Shown here: positions 1-12,169 of the stretch, piece after piece
Numbering within the stretch: the first letter of the stretch is position 1
Layout of the letters: each line of letters begins with the position of its first letter
From: an uncultured Gemmataceae bacterium
GTDB lineage: Bacteria > Planctomycetota > Planctomycetia > Gemmatales > Gemmataceae
Direction of reading: 5' to 3'
Assembly: GCA_963750165.1 (NCBI GenBank)
Contig: CAVVPN010000004.1
Coordinates: 288,001-352,000 of the forward strand
Length of the DNA stretch: 64,000 bases
Notes under the pieces: model-generated
Seen by the model: only the letters and a program-made list of their open reading frames with translations
What the model was told of the DNA's origin: nothing
Databases searched by the model: none
Translations under genes and position numbers: made by a program

Positions 1-61
1 GGACGGAACAGGATTTCCCTGGTCGCTCCGCTGGTGACTCCCTCGTGAATTGAGGTGACAC

Positions 62-517
62 ATGCTGGCGCTGTCTCGCTGCTGGGCCGTGGCGCTGTTG
101 CTGGCCGTCGTGCCGCCGACCCCCGCCCAGGGACCGAAAAAACCACCGACGCTGGACGCGGATCGGCAGGCCCTGATGGGCGACTGGCAAATCGGCCCCG
201 TCCAGGACGGTAACTCCAAAACGATGACCAAACTGCGCATCACCGATCGTTATCTGCGCATGCTTATCTTTTATGAATCGCCCGGGACTTTCGAGGCGGG
301 CGGCTCGCAGTTCGAGTACAAATTCGTGGAGCAGGACGGCAAGCGCGTCATTCTGCTGTACGGCTACCAGCGCGATCAGGTGAGCGGGACGCTGACGTAT
401 CGGCTCGACGGCGGCCGGCTGCGTCTGGAAGGCGAGGGCGTGGCGTTGAACAACCGCAAGTATGACCTGACCGGGACGTGGGCGCGGCCGATAAAGAAGA
501 AAAAGGTGGACGGCTGA
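62..517 (+). CDS. Hypothetical secreted protein
   Basis: 151-aa ORF with an N-terminal signal peptide (…LLLAVVPPTPAQ), GAGG RBS-like sequence upstream, and a beta-rich body ending in LTGTW. Confidence 0.65.
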   Translation: MLALSRCWAVALLLAVVPPTPAQGPKKPPTLDADRQALMGDWQIGPVQDGNSKTMTKLRITDRYLRMLIFYESPGTFEAGGSQFEYKFVEQDGKRVILLYGYQRDQVSGTLTYRLDGGRLRLEGEGVALNNRKYDLTGTWARPIKKKKVDG

Positions 518-762
518 GCGCCGGTGCCCTGCTGTCTGGATTCATCGGTTCGCGCTTCCCAGTACGGGTCAGGGCGTCGGCGGATTGGTTGCGGCGGTCT
601 GCGGCCGCAGCCAGGCGCGGAACTCGCGGACCAGCGCGATCTCATCCAGTTGTCCGCCCAGGTTCACGAAGCGCAGAACCTCTCCGCGGATTATGACACA
701 GGACGGGCGGAACGGACAAGCTCAACACCAAGGCACTCGGTCACGACTGGGTCGCAGAAGGG

Positions 763-856
763 ATGGAACCAGCCGCTGCAGCGGACGGAACCCTTTGAGT
801 TGCAAGTGATAGCATTCAGTCTCAAAAGGCCCCGCCGCTGAGCTATGTTGTTGGCT
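763..856 (+). mobile_element. attC-like integron cassette recombination site (solitary)
   Basis: AAC(767-769)-cagccg-CTGCAGCGG … CCGCTGAG-ctatgtt-GTT(850-852). The L''/L' boxes pair with an extrahelical G, and there is an internal stem (cctttgag/ctcaaaagg). Outer R-box bases are degenerate. Confidence 0.6.
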
Positions 857-872
857 GCCGCCCCTTCGGGGC

Positions 873-2891
873 TCAAGACTTCTTCAACCACCGATTGAAC
901 CAATCCACGTTCCGTTGCAGCACGTCGCGCTGCAGCCGCGGCGCCGTGGGGTTGTGCGGCTGTCCCGGATATACCGCGAACTCCGCCGGCACCCCCAACC
1001 GTTTCAGCGCCGCGTACAACTCCTGTCCCTGCGGCAGCGGCACGCGCTCGTCCTTCTCACCGTGCTGGATCAGCGTTGGCGTCTTGATGTTGCCGGCGAA
1101 CGTCATCGGCGAATGGTCCGCGTACAGCTTCGGCTCTTTCCACGGTGGGCCGCCGAAGTAGCGCTCCAGGAACATCGGGATGTCGGTGTGACCGTACATG
1201 CTCGCGAGGTTGGTGACGCCCGCCCCGACCGACGCGGCCTTGAAGCGGTGCGTCTGCGTGATGATCCAACTCGTCATGTAGCCGCCGTAGCTCCAGCCCA
1301 TGACGCCGAGCCGCTGCGGGTCCGCGATGCCCTGCGCGATCAGGTGATCGACGCCGCTCATGATGTCCTGATAATCGCCGCCGCCCCAGTCCTTGACGTT
1401 GGCCTTGCGGAACTTCTCGCCGTAGGCGGAACTGCCGCGCGGGTTGGGGCAGAAGATGGCGTAGCCCTGACCGGCGAGGACATGGACGGGATAGCGGCTC
1501 GCCTGCGGAATGCCAGGCGGGTAGACGGTGAAGCCCAGCGAGAATTGCAATGCGGGGCCGCCGTGGATGTAGGTCAGCAGCGGGATTTTTTTATCACCCT
1601 TCTTGTAGTCCGGCGGCAGGATGAGGACGCCTTCGATTTCCAGGCCGTCCTTGCTTTTCCATTTGATGGCTTCCATCTGCGCAAGAGCCAGACCGTCCAG
1701 TTGCGGGTTGGTGAAGGTCAGCCGGCGAGGCACCCAATCAACCTTGAAATCGATGCAATACACCTCTTTCGGCTGTTGTGGGGTCTCCACGAGCAACGCC
1801 AGGCGGTCGCCCTTTTGGCTGTAACTGGGGGAATTCCGCAGATATTCTCCCAGGCCGATTCCCATTTGTTTGCCCGGCACACTTGCCGACACCATGTAGA
1901 GGTTTTTCTGCAACCCGACATCCGCTGTCAAAAAGAACTCCACGCCATCCGTCCCCCGCCAATGCAACGAATTGAAGCTGGTGTCAAACTTCGGCGCGAT
2001 GTTGCGCGGTTTACCGCCCTCCGCCGATACCACGCACAGGCACACGTTACTCAGGTGATCCGCCTTCCCATCATTCGACAGAAACGCGATCTGCTTGCCG
2101 TCCGGCGACCAGCGCGGCAGCGTGTCCAGGCCGGGCCGCTGCACCAGCGGCGTCACCTTGCCGTCCGCCACGCTCACCACAAACAGGTCGCCCTCGTTAC
2201 GGTCGTGGAAAATCGGCCGCGGCTGCGACGCATAGGCGATGCGCGTGCCGTCCGGCGACCAGTCGAAGTTGAGCACGTGAAACGCGCCCTTCGTCAACCG
2301 TCGCGTCTTCTTCGTGGCCATGTCGAACACGTGCAGGTGATTGCGGCGATAATCCTGATCGACCAGGATCACGTCGTTTTTGGCCTCCTTGCGCTGCTTC
2401 GCCGCGGCCGATTCCGGGTCGGTCAGCAGCAGCGCCAGGCTCTTGCCGTCCGGCGCCCAGGCGAAATCCTTGACGCCGCCGGCCGCGTCGGTCAGCTTCT
2501 GCGCCTCGCCGCCGTCGGCAGCAATCACCCACACCTGCACACTGCCGCCGCGGTCGGACAGGAAGGCGATGCGCTTGCCGTCCGGCGACCACTGCGGTGA
2601 ATCGTCGCGCTTCGGGCCATTGGTCAGTCGCACCGCCGGGCCGCCCTTGGCGCTAACCCGCCACAGGTCGCTGTTGTAAAAGCCACCTTTGAAGTCCACT
2701 TCCGAGATGACGTACACGACCGTTTCGCCATCCGGTGAGATTTTCGGATCGCTGACGTTGCGGATCTTCATCATGTCGTCCACGGTCATGGGCCGTTTGG
2801 CCTGTGCCTGGGCGTGCAGCGGCGCGACGGTCAGCCCCAGCACGATGGCCAGGAAAACAACCAGGGGGCGCGGTCTGAGGTGAGCGGGCAT
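873..2891 (-). CDS. S9 family peptidase (dipeptidyl aminopeptidase/acylaminoacyl peptidase) with beta-propeller
   Basis: Signal peptide, repeated WSPDG (PD40) motifs, GWSYGG nucleophile elbow, HGEKDERVP Asp and C-terminal His. Confidence 0.93.
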   Translation of the reverse strand: MPAHLRPRPLVVFLAIVLGLTVAPLHAQAQAKRPMTVDDMMKIRNVSDPKISPDGETVVYVISEVDFKGGFYNSDLWRVSAKGGPAVRLTNGPKRDDSPQWSPDGKRIAFLSDRGGSVQVWVIAADGGEAQKLTDAAGGVKDFAWAPDGKSLALLLTDPESAAAKQRKEAKNDVILVDQDYRRNHLHVFDMATKKTRRLTKGAFHVLNFDWSPDGTRIAYASQPRPIFHDRNEGDLFVVSVADGKVTPLVQRPGLDTLPRWSPDGKQIAFLSNDGKADHLSNVCLCVVSAEGGKPRNIAPKFDTSFNSLHWRGTDGVEFFLTADVGLQKNLYMVSASVPGKQMGIGLGEYLRNSPSYSQKGDRLALLVETPQQPKEVYCIDFKVDWVPRRLTFTNPQLDGLALAQMEAIKWKSKDGLEIEGVLILPPDYKKGDKKIPLLTYIHGGPALQFSLGFTVYPPGIPQASRYPVHVLAGQGYAIFCPNPRGSSAYGEKFRKANVKDWGGGDYQDIMSGVDHLIAQGIADPQRLGVMGWSYGGYMTSWIITQTHRFKAASVGAGVTNLASMYGHTDIPMFLERYFGGPPWKEPKLYADHSPMTFAGNIKTPTLIQHGEKDERVPLPQGQELYAALKRLGVPAEFAVYPGQPHNPTAPRLQRDVLQRNVDWFNRWLKKS

Positions 2892-2964
2892 GGGGAGTTT
2901 CCTCCGGATGGTGAAGTCCGCAGCGGGCGCGTCGAGAGGTTAATGTAGGAACCGCCGCCGCGGC

Positions 2965-3168
2965 TCAGGCGCTTTCCCGAGGACCATCGTCGGCGCGCCG
3001 CGATCCGGAACGGGCGCGTTTGGCGGCCTCGATGGGTGGATCGCCGGGGCGGATTTCCCCCAGGACGCTGACGAAGCAGGCGGGGCAAAGGCCGTGCGAG
3101 ACGACCTGGCCTTGTTCGGGCGTGCTCTCGCGCAGCTGACCGCCACACCAGGCACAGAGGTATTTCAT
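2965..3168 (-). CDS. Small putative zinc-binding protein (67 aa)
   Basis: MKYLCAWC…SHGLCPAC (CxxC…HxxCxxC), with a purine-rich RBS (AAGGAAGG) upstream. Confidence 0.55.
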   Translation of the reverse strand: MKYLCAWCGGQLRESTPEQGQVVSHGLCPACFVSVLGEIRPGDPPIEAAKRARSGSRRADDGPRESA

Positions 3169-3281
3169 TGGGACCAGCCCTTCCTTGAGCCGGGTGGTAG
3201 GGGAGTGCGGACCACCGGCGAGTTTTGGGCGCCACGGCAACGAGTAAAGCAGTTATAAAGCAGGAGGCGGGCGGTTGCCAC

Positions 3282-3328
3282 CTTTTTTTGCTGACCGCCC
3301 CACAATCCGTGACGGTCAGCAAAAAAAG
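3282..3328. repeat. REP-derived hairpin with T7/A7 flanks (possible bidirectional terminator)
   Basis: cTTTTTTTgctgaccg…cggtcagcAAAAAAAg. Shares CGCCCCAC(A/C)ATCCGTGACGGTCAGCAAAAA with 18321-18350. Confidence 0.6.
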
Positions 3329-3481
3329 CGTGGCGAAAAAAACCGCCGCGGCAATTTGGCGCTTCGCCTCACCACAACCTGGGTTACAATCAATTCACTT
3401 CCAATCCGCCAGGGCGGTGGCCGCCGAGAAGGGCACTCCACCGGCTGCGCGGTTGCCATCCCGCCAGGAGCGATTTCCCAC

Positions 3482-4858
3482 ATGCATTCTCAACCCCACC
3501 GCCACGGCTGCCCCGAGTTCCGCGAAGCGCTGCGGCTGTCGCGGCGCGATTTCGTCAAGGCCGGTATGCTCGGTGCCGCTGGCCTGTCGCTCGCCGACCT
3601 GCTCCGCAGCGCGGCCCGCGCCGACGCCCAGCCCACCCGCCAGCCGTCCGTCATCATCCTCTGGATGCGTGGCGGGCCCAGCCACATTGATATGTGGGAT
3701 CCCAAGCCGGACGCCCCGGCCGAGTACCGCGGCGAGTTCGGCACCCGCACGACCAGCGTGCCCGGCATCCTGCTGACCGATATGCTGCCCCTGTGCGGCC
3801 GCGTCATGCACAAGTGGTCGATCATCCGCAGCCTGCACCACCACGACGCCGGCCACTCCTCCGGCGATCAAATCTGCTTCACTGGCTACAACGCGGGCCC
3901 CAACCCGGACGAGAACCGCATGCCCAGTTGCGGCTCCATCGTGTCGCGGCAACTGGGCCACCTGAACCCGCGGCTGCCGGCCTATGTGATGATCCCGCGC
4001 GTGGTGCCGGGGGCCGGGCCGGCGTACCTCGGCGTGTCCCATAAACCGTTCGAGACGCTGGCGGACCCTGCCAATCCCGGGCCGTTCCGGCTGCCCAACT
4101 TCGAACTGCCGCAGGCGGTGACGGTGCAGCGCGTCGGCGAACGCCGTGACCTGCTCGCCAGCTTCGACCGCCTGCGCCGCGACGTGGACGGCAGCGGTCA
4201 GATGACGGCCCAGGATCGCTTCCAGCAACAGGCGTGGGACATCCTCACGTCACCGGCAGCGCGCAACGCCTTCGACCTGGACCGCGAGCCGCGCAGCGTG
4301 CGCGAGCGCTACGGCTTCGAGCCGGCGTTCAACCCCGGCGCGGCCGACCGCTGCGGCGCTCCGGCGTGGAGCCAGCGCATTCTGCTGGCGCGGCGGCTCG
4401 TGGAAGCGGGCGTGCGGCTGGTGACGGTCGATCTGCGCTGGTGGGACACGCACGTGCTCGGCTTCGACTCGCTGCGCCGCGGTTTCCTGCCGCGCTTCGA
4501 CCGGGCGTATTCGGCGCTCATCGAGGACCTGGACCAGCGCGGTTTGCTCGAATCGACGCTGGTGGTCGCCTGGGGCGAGTTCGGGCGGACGCCGCGCGTG
4601 AACGGCCAGGCGGGGCGCGACCATTACCCCAACGTCTTCAGCGCGGCGCTGGCCGGCGGCCCGGTGCGCGGCGGCCTGGTCGTCGGCGAATCGGACTCGC
4701 GCGGCGCCTTCCCGCGGGCCAACCCGAAGTCGCCGCAGGATGTGCTCGCGACGCTGTACCAGCACCTCGGCGTGGACGTGCGGCAGCAGTACCTGGATGG
4801 CAGCGGTCGGCCACACGCCGTGCTGCCGGTCGGCACGCCCATCGCGGAATTGAGTTAA
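3482..4858 (+). CDS. DUF1501 domain-containing protein
   Basis: SRRDFVK twin-arginine-like motif, GGPSHIDMWDPKP, WDTH, GEFGRTPRVN and GRDHYP motifs typical of planctomycete DUF1501. Confidence 0.92.
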   Translation: MHSQPHRHGCPEFREALRLSRRDFVKAGMLGAAGLSLADLLRSAARADAQPTRQPSVIILWMRGGPSHIDMWDPKPDAPAEYRGEFGTRTTSVPGILLTDMLPLCGRVMHKWSIIRSLHHHDAGHSSGDQICFTGYNAGPNPDENRMPSCGSIVSRQLGHLNPRLPAYVMIPRVVPGAGPAYLGVSHKPFETLADPANPGPFRLPNFELPQAVTVQRVGERRDLLASFDRLRRDVDGSGQMTAQDRFQQQAWDILTSPAARNAFDLDREPRSVRERYGFEPAFNPGAADRCGAPAWSQRILLARRLVEAGVRLVTVDLRWWDTHVLGFDSLRRGFLPRFDRAYSALIEDLDQRGLLESTLVVAWGEFGRTPRVNGQAGRDHYPNVFSAALAGGPVRGGLVVGESDSRGAFPRANPKSPQDVLATLYQHLGVDVRQQYLDGSGRPHAVLPVGTPIAELS

Positions 4859-4963
4859 TCTGTGCAGCGCGGCTTGCCGGAATGCCGGGGGCGGCGTAGC
4901 GAATTACCAAAGGGTTCGTGACGCCGCCCCACTTCCTTGACTGGCCGCTCCGGAGTCCGCCCG

Positions 4964-5581
4964 ATGATTCAGTTCCACTGTCCCGTCTGCAACCGTCTGC
5001 TGGAGACGGCGGACGGCACCACGGGGGCGAAGTTCGCCTGTCCCGTCTGTAACCAGCAGGTTGTGGTGCCCGCCCCTCGCCCTGATGCGGCAAGACGGTG
5101 TTGGGAAAGCTGCCCGACTGCGGCCACCGGCACCGAGCTACGTATCCCAACCCTTAGGCCGCTCATTTTCGGTGCATCCCGCCGCGACCTCCCGACGATC
5201 TCGACGACCGCTGCGACCGCACCGCCGCGATGACACCGAGGGGATGACGAAGTCGCCGCGCCTCGCCGTCGCGGCGATGATGACCGCAGGACGCCGCAAT
5301 TACGATGATTGCCAATGATCGCGGGACGCCGGCGTCGCCGTCGGCGATGGGCTTCGAGTGCCCATACTGCGATAGCACCGAGCGAACCAGGCAAGAGGAA
5401 CAGATTTCCCAAGAAGGCTGGATCTGTTCACAGTTGTCGCTGGAGGGCTCTGTTCGGGCTATCGTGATGGAGTACTTTGTTTCTCCCTGGCTGTTTCCTG
5501 TTGCCCCCTGGTTTGCTGGCTGCCTCTAATACCAGAGAAGAAAAGTCAAATTTGCCGCGATTGCCGCCGGAAGATGCCTAA
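4964..5581 (+). CDS. Zinc-ribbon protein with C-terminal LITAF-like domain (frameshifted in this sequence)
   Basis: MIQFHCPVC…CPVC N-terminus, an RD-rich linker, then GFECPYC, a hydrophobic stretch and CRDC in changing frames. End coordinate approximate. Confidence 0.6.
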
Positions 5582-5625
5582 TTGCGCTCGTTGCTTCTTG
5601 CCGCGTAGCGGCAGAAAGATGGGTT

Positions 5626-6510
5626 TCAACGCCGCAACTCCGGGTCGCCGAAGACCGGCGCCTGCACCGTCCCCGCCGGCCAGTCAATCATCAGCAAACG
5701 CTTGAAGTGATAATCGCCGCCAACGTTGTAGCCACGGATGCCCGCCAGCGTGCCCTCGCGCTCGCGGTGCGTGTGGCCGCTGAAGACGAACGGGATGCGG
5801 GCAGCGTGTTCCTCAAGCACCCGCTCCATGCTGGTGTTGCCTGAGAATGCCTCCCAGAGCAGGCCGTCGTCCGTCACCTCCTGCCGTGGGTAATTCAGGC
5901 CACGGAACGCGGGGTGATGCGTCAGCACCAGGACCTGCGCCACCTGTTGCAGCGCCTGCTCCAGATGGCGGGCGAAGGCTGCGACCGCGTGGGCGGTGAA
6001 GGACACATCGTCAAACGGCCAGCGCACAAAGCGGGCGTCGTTGTGCCGGCCACGGTTGAAGCGCTTGTCGCGCAACCGTTCCTGCCAGTCGGGCAGCCGC
6101 TCCCGCAACTGCTCCAGCGACCAGCTGTAGTCGTACCAGTTCATGGTACCGGCCACCGCGAGGTTGTGTTCCGGCAGCAGCAGCGGCCCGTGATCCAGGT
6201 AATGGCAGTCGAACGCCGCCGCGACGGCCGGCAGATGGTGCTCGTAAACGCATTGCGAGTCGCCGCGGTGATCCTGCTCTGCCACCCAAACATCATGGTT
6301 ACCTGGCACCAACGCCTTGCGACAGGGGATGTCAGACAGCAATTGCAGGCACTCGCCGAAATGCTGATCGGTGCCGAGGTCGCCGCCGAGCAGCAGCAGG
6401 TCGGGCGGTTCGCTCAGCAGATGGTCGTGGAGTTGCTCGGTGGCAATGTCGCCGCGCGGGTTCTGGCCGAAGTGTAGGTCGGCGGTGATGGCGATGCGCA
6501 GCGTGGTCAT
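5626..6510 (-). CDS. Calcineurin-like metallophosphoesterase
   Basis: DLH, GGD, GNHD, THH and GHTH motifs. Confidence 0.9.
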   Translation of the reverse strand: MTTLRIAITADLHFGQNPRGDIATEQLHDHLLSEPPDLLLLGGDLGTDQHFGECLQLLSDIPCRKALVPGNHDVWVAEQDHRGDSQCVYEHHLPAVAAAFDCHYLDHGPLLLPEHNLAVAGTMNWYDYSWSLEQLRERLPDWQERLRDKRFNRGRHNDARFVRWPFDDVSFTAHAVAAFARHLEQALQQVAQVLVLTHHPAFRGLNYPRQEVTDDGLLWEAFSGNTSMERVLEEHAARIPFVFSGHTHREREGTLAGIRGYNVGGDYHFKRLLMIDWPAGTVQAPVFGDPELRR

Positions 6511-6534
6511 GGCGGAGCTTCCGGGTGCCGGCGG

Positions 6535-7044
6535 TCAGTTGAGGCTCGGTTCGGCAATGGTCGGCGGCCGCAGCAGATCCCACAGTTCCTCGGCGGGGGC
6601 GTCGAACAGCAGGGCGCTGGTCGCCGGCTGCACGGCCCAGGCGGCTTCGAGCAGTTCCTGTTCCAGCTGGCCCTCGCCCCAGCCAGCGTAACCCTTGAAG
6701 ACGCGGAAGCGCAGCGTCTCGCCGGACTCGGGCTGGCGGACGCGATCCAGGCTGGAGGCGTCGCCCAGGTAGATGCCGGCGGCAATGCGCGGTTCCAGGC
6801 CGCCCTCGGGGCCGGGTTCGTCCGGCAGCCAGTCCTTGTGGCCGTGCAGCAGGAACAGGCCCGGGGCAGGGCAGGGGCCGCCCTGGAAAACCGGGAACTC
6901 CAGCCCCTCAACCTGGCGCGGCCGGTTCACGACCAGGCCGAAGGCGCCGTCGTCATTGTGGGCCAGCAGCAGGACGACCGTCTGTGCGAAATTGGGATCG
7001 CGCAGGATCGGCCTGGCGACCAGAAAGCAGCCCGCATGAGACAT
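6535..7044 (-). CDS. YqgE/AlgH family protein (DUF179)
   Basis: DPNFAQTVVLL, GAFGLVVNRP, GGP and GYAGWGEGQLEQEL motifs. Confidence 0.9.
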   Translation of the reverse strand: MSHAGCFLVARPILRDPNFAQTVVLLLAHNDDGAFGLVVNRPRQVEGLEFPVFQGGPCPAPGLFLLHGHKDWLPDEPGPEGGLEPRIAAGIYLGDASSLDRVRQPESGETLRFRVFKGYAGWGEGQLEQELLEAAWAVQPATSALLFDAPAEELWDLLRPPTIAEPSLN

Positions 7045-7114
7045 GACGGTTCCCCGAGATCGATGTAAGTGCCCCCGTTGCTATTGTACGCTGGGAACGG
7101 GGAAAGTGCTGCTG

Positions 7115-7194
7115 TTCTGCCGCTGGCGGCCTGGCGCGCTGATCCCCATCTAACGTTAGATGAGTATCAGCGCGCTAGGCCGCCAGCGGCAGAA
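7115..7194. repeat. 80-bp near-perfect palindrome (REP family CTGCCGCTGGCGG)
   Basis: Arms pair over 40 bp with 3 non-Watson-Crick positions. Related arms occur at 12605-12650, ~5598-5618 and ~39231-39277. Confidence 0.8.
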
Positions 7195-7202
7195 AGACGG
7201 GT

Positions 7203-7952
7203 TCACGCCTTCGCCTTGCCCTGGCTGACCACCGCGTGCATCGCCTTCGCCACCGCCTCTGGGTCGCCCAGGTAATAATGCTTGATCGGCTTCAGGTCCG
7301 CGGTCAGCTCGTACACCAGCGGGATGCCGGTCGGGATGTTGACGCCAACGATCTCCGCGTCACTCACGTTATCCAGATACTTGACGATGGCCCGGATGCT
7401 GTTGCCGTGCGCCGCCACCACCACGCGCTGGCCGGAACGCACTGCCGGCGCCAGCGTGTCGTGCCAGTACGGCAGGAAGCGCGCGATCGTGTCCTTCAGA
7501 CACTCCGTCAGCGGCAGGTTCTCCGGCTTCAGGTCGGCGTAACGGCGGTCGTGACCGGGGAAGCGCGGGTCGCTGCGTTCCAGCGGCGGCGGCGCGATGT
7601 CGTAGGCGCGCCGCCAAATTTTCACCTGTTCCTCGCCGAACTTCGCCGCCGTCTCGGACTTGTTGAGGCCCTGGAGCGACCCGTAGTGGCGTTCGTTGAG
7701 CCGCCAGGATTTCTGCACCGGCAGCCACATCAGGTCCATTTCGTCGAGGACGATCCACAGTGTCCGGATCGCCCGCTTAAGTAAGGAGACGTGAGCCACG
7801 TCGAAGGTGAAGCCCTGAGCCTGGAGCAACTGGCCGGCCTGGCGGGCCTCGGCGCGGCCCTTCTCGGACAGGTCCACATCGGTCCAGCCGGTGAAGCGGT
7901 TCTCCTGGTTCCAGGTGCTCTCGCCGTGGCGGATGAGTACGAGCTTGTGCAT
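7203..7952 (-). CDS. gpmA: 2,3-bisphosphoglycerate-dependent phosphoglycerate mutase
   Basis: [36 protein letters not shown] and [12 protein letters not shown]. Confidence 0.97.
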   Translation of the reverse strand: MHKLVLIRHGESTWNQENRFTGWTDVDLSEKGRAEARQAGQLLQAQGFTFDVAHVSLLKRAIRTLWIVLDEMDLMWLPVQKSWRLNERHYGSLQGLNKSETAAKFGEEQVKIWRRAYDIAPPPLERSDPRFPGHDRRYADLKPENLPLTECLKDTIARFLPYWHDTLAPAVRSGQRVVVAAHGNSIRAIVKYLDNVSDAEIVGVNIPTGIPLVYELTADLKPIKHYYLGDPEAVAKAMHAVVSQGKAKA

Positions 7953-8027
7953 GGCAGCGTCCCGGGGGTGTGGCAATCTCTCCGGGGAAATGATATGGCG
8001 CGGACACTACCCCGGGAGGATGTATAA

Positions 8028-10633
<2,606 letters not shown>

Positions 10634-10797
10634 GGTTGGTTGCACTGCTGCTGGCGGCGCGAAGCGAACTGATAAATCGAACTCCAGGAGGGTCAGATTG
10701 ATCGGTTCGCGCCGCGCGGCCGGCGGCGCGCGTCGATGAACTCCTGCACCAGCGCGGCTTCATTCCTCTGAGAAACCGCGCCGGTCGGCGCGGCAGC

Positions 10798-10813
10798 CGG
10801 CGCGGGATTTGCA
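10798..10813 (+). promoter_or_regulatory. Possible sigma-54 (-24/-12) promoter
   Basis: CGGCGCG-GGAT-TTGCA with GG-N10-GC spacing, ~185 bp upstream of the DUF4214 gene. Confidence 0.35.
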
Positions 10814-10998
10814 CCCCCCGTCAACAACCTCGCGTTTCTGCATTCGAGCACGGAGTGCTGGCGGCCCACCACGACACCCGGGACTCCGTCTCGGCCGCAA
10901 GGAATCAGGGGCCGTTCGGGCCGCCGGCACGAAAGGAACGGGCAGCGTGCCGGCGGTCCCTGGTAGCATTCCCTCTTCTGCCCGAGCGGAGGTCTCAC

Positions 10999-11954
10999 AT
11001 GAAGTCTCGATCCACGCCGCAACACCCGGTCCAGCTCCACGTCGAGGCGTTGGAGGCCCGGCTGACGCCGGACGCGACCACGTATGTCGAGGGCCTGTAT
11101 CAGACCGTCCTGCAACGCGCCGGCTCCGCGACCGAGGTCGCCGGCTGGGTGACGCTGATGCGGACCCTGCAGCAACAGCAGGACAACAGCAATAACCAGG
11201 GCACGCTCACCACCCAGCAGCTCGACCAGCAGTTGCTGGTGCCGAACGGCTCGATCATCACCGCGGTGGCGGCCGCGTTCTGGCTGTCGCCGGAGCACCG
11301 CGGCCTGGAGGTGGACAACTACTACCAGCATTTCCTGAAGCGTGCCGACAGCGCCACGGAACGGCAGGAGTGGGTGAACGTCTTCGTGAGCGGCGGCGTT
11401 AGTGAGGTGCAGGTGGAGGCCGCCTTCCTGTCGTCGCAGGAATACCAGAACCTCTACCCGGGCGACACCGCCTTCGTGGACGCGCTCTACCAGGACGTGC
11501 TGGGGCGGGCGGCCGACCCGAACGGCGCAGCGGGCTGGGTCCAGCTGCTGGAGAGCAGCCCCAATGGCGGCAGCAGAAACTCCGTCAACCGCGGCAACGT
11601 GGCCCTGGACATCCTGACCTCCCCCGAAGGGGAGACGGTGACCGTGACCCAGGATTACCAGCAGCTCCTCAACCGCGCGCCGACCAGGCGGGCCTGACCA
11701 ACTGGGTGAATCTGCTCGAAGCCAATAATCCGGGCAACACCAGCGACTTCAACAGCCTCGGCTTCACCACCACCACCGGCAGCAACAACAATAACAACAA
11801 CAATAACAACAACAATAACAACAACAATAACAACAACAATGCGTTCTCCGCCGGCGTGGTCCGTCTCATCGACGACATCAACAACCCCGGCGCCTCTACC
11901 GAGGGAGTGGCCGTGCGCTTCCTGACCTCGCAGGAGTTCATCCAGGATCACTAG
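10999..11954 (+). CDS. DUF4214-like repeat surface protein with planctomycete export motif (frameshift near 11682)
   Basis: VEALEARLTP (LEPRxLL-like). Repeats YVEGLYQTVLQR, FVDALYQDVLGRAAD and FLSSQEY/FLTSQEF. Continues in a second frame to TAG at 11954. Confidence 0.8.
11784..11840 (+). repeat. AAC/AAT microsatellite encoding Asn19
   Basis: AACAACAAT followed by (AACAACAACAAT)x4. Confidence 0.95.
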
Positions 11955-12001
11955 CTCGGACGAGTCACCGCGGAGTACGCAGAGAGCGCAGCGAAAAGAG
12001 G

Positions 12002-12061
12002 TCCACAGATGAACACTGATAAAGACATTTGAATTGGTCTTTATCAGTGTTCATCTGTGGA
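12002..12061. repeat. Perfect 25-bp inverted repeat (CCACAGATGAACAC-type REP-like element)
   Basis: tccacagatgaacactgataaagac, 10-nt loop, gtctttatcagtgttcatctgtgga. Confidence 0.85.
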
Positions 12062-12072
12062 TCGCTTCCTGC

Positions 12073-12088
12073 GGGTATGGGAATTGCA
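12073..12088 (+). promoter_or_regulatory. Possible sigma-54 promoter
   Basis: GGGTATG-GGAA-TTGCA with GG-N10-GC spacing, ~80 bp upstream of the CBS gene. Confidence 0.35.
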
Positions 12089-12169
12089 TGTACTTCCTGG
12101 TAGCCGTACCGCCGAGCCCGGCGGTCGGGGAAAGGTCGCCTGTCATCCGGAACCGGAAGGAGCAAGCCC

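Noticed and set aside
568..694. Protein-like minus-strand fragment (IIRGEVLRFVNLGGQLDEIALVREF…)
   Set aside because: Short, with no clear start and no recognisable family. It may be a gene remnant but is not supportable as a feature.
7148..7161. ATCTAAC|GTTAGAT, matching integron RYYYAAC/GTTRRRY cores
   Set aside because: The cores abut at the centre of a palindrome with no L boxes or spacer, so the match follows from the symmetry. The same applies to 61208-61225.
11669..11941. Poly-Leu and poly-Val/Ile minus-strand ORFs resembling membrane peptides
   Set aside because: They are the reverse complement of the AAC/AAT microsatellite.
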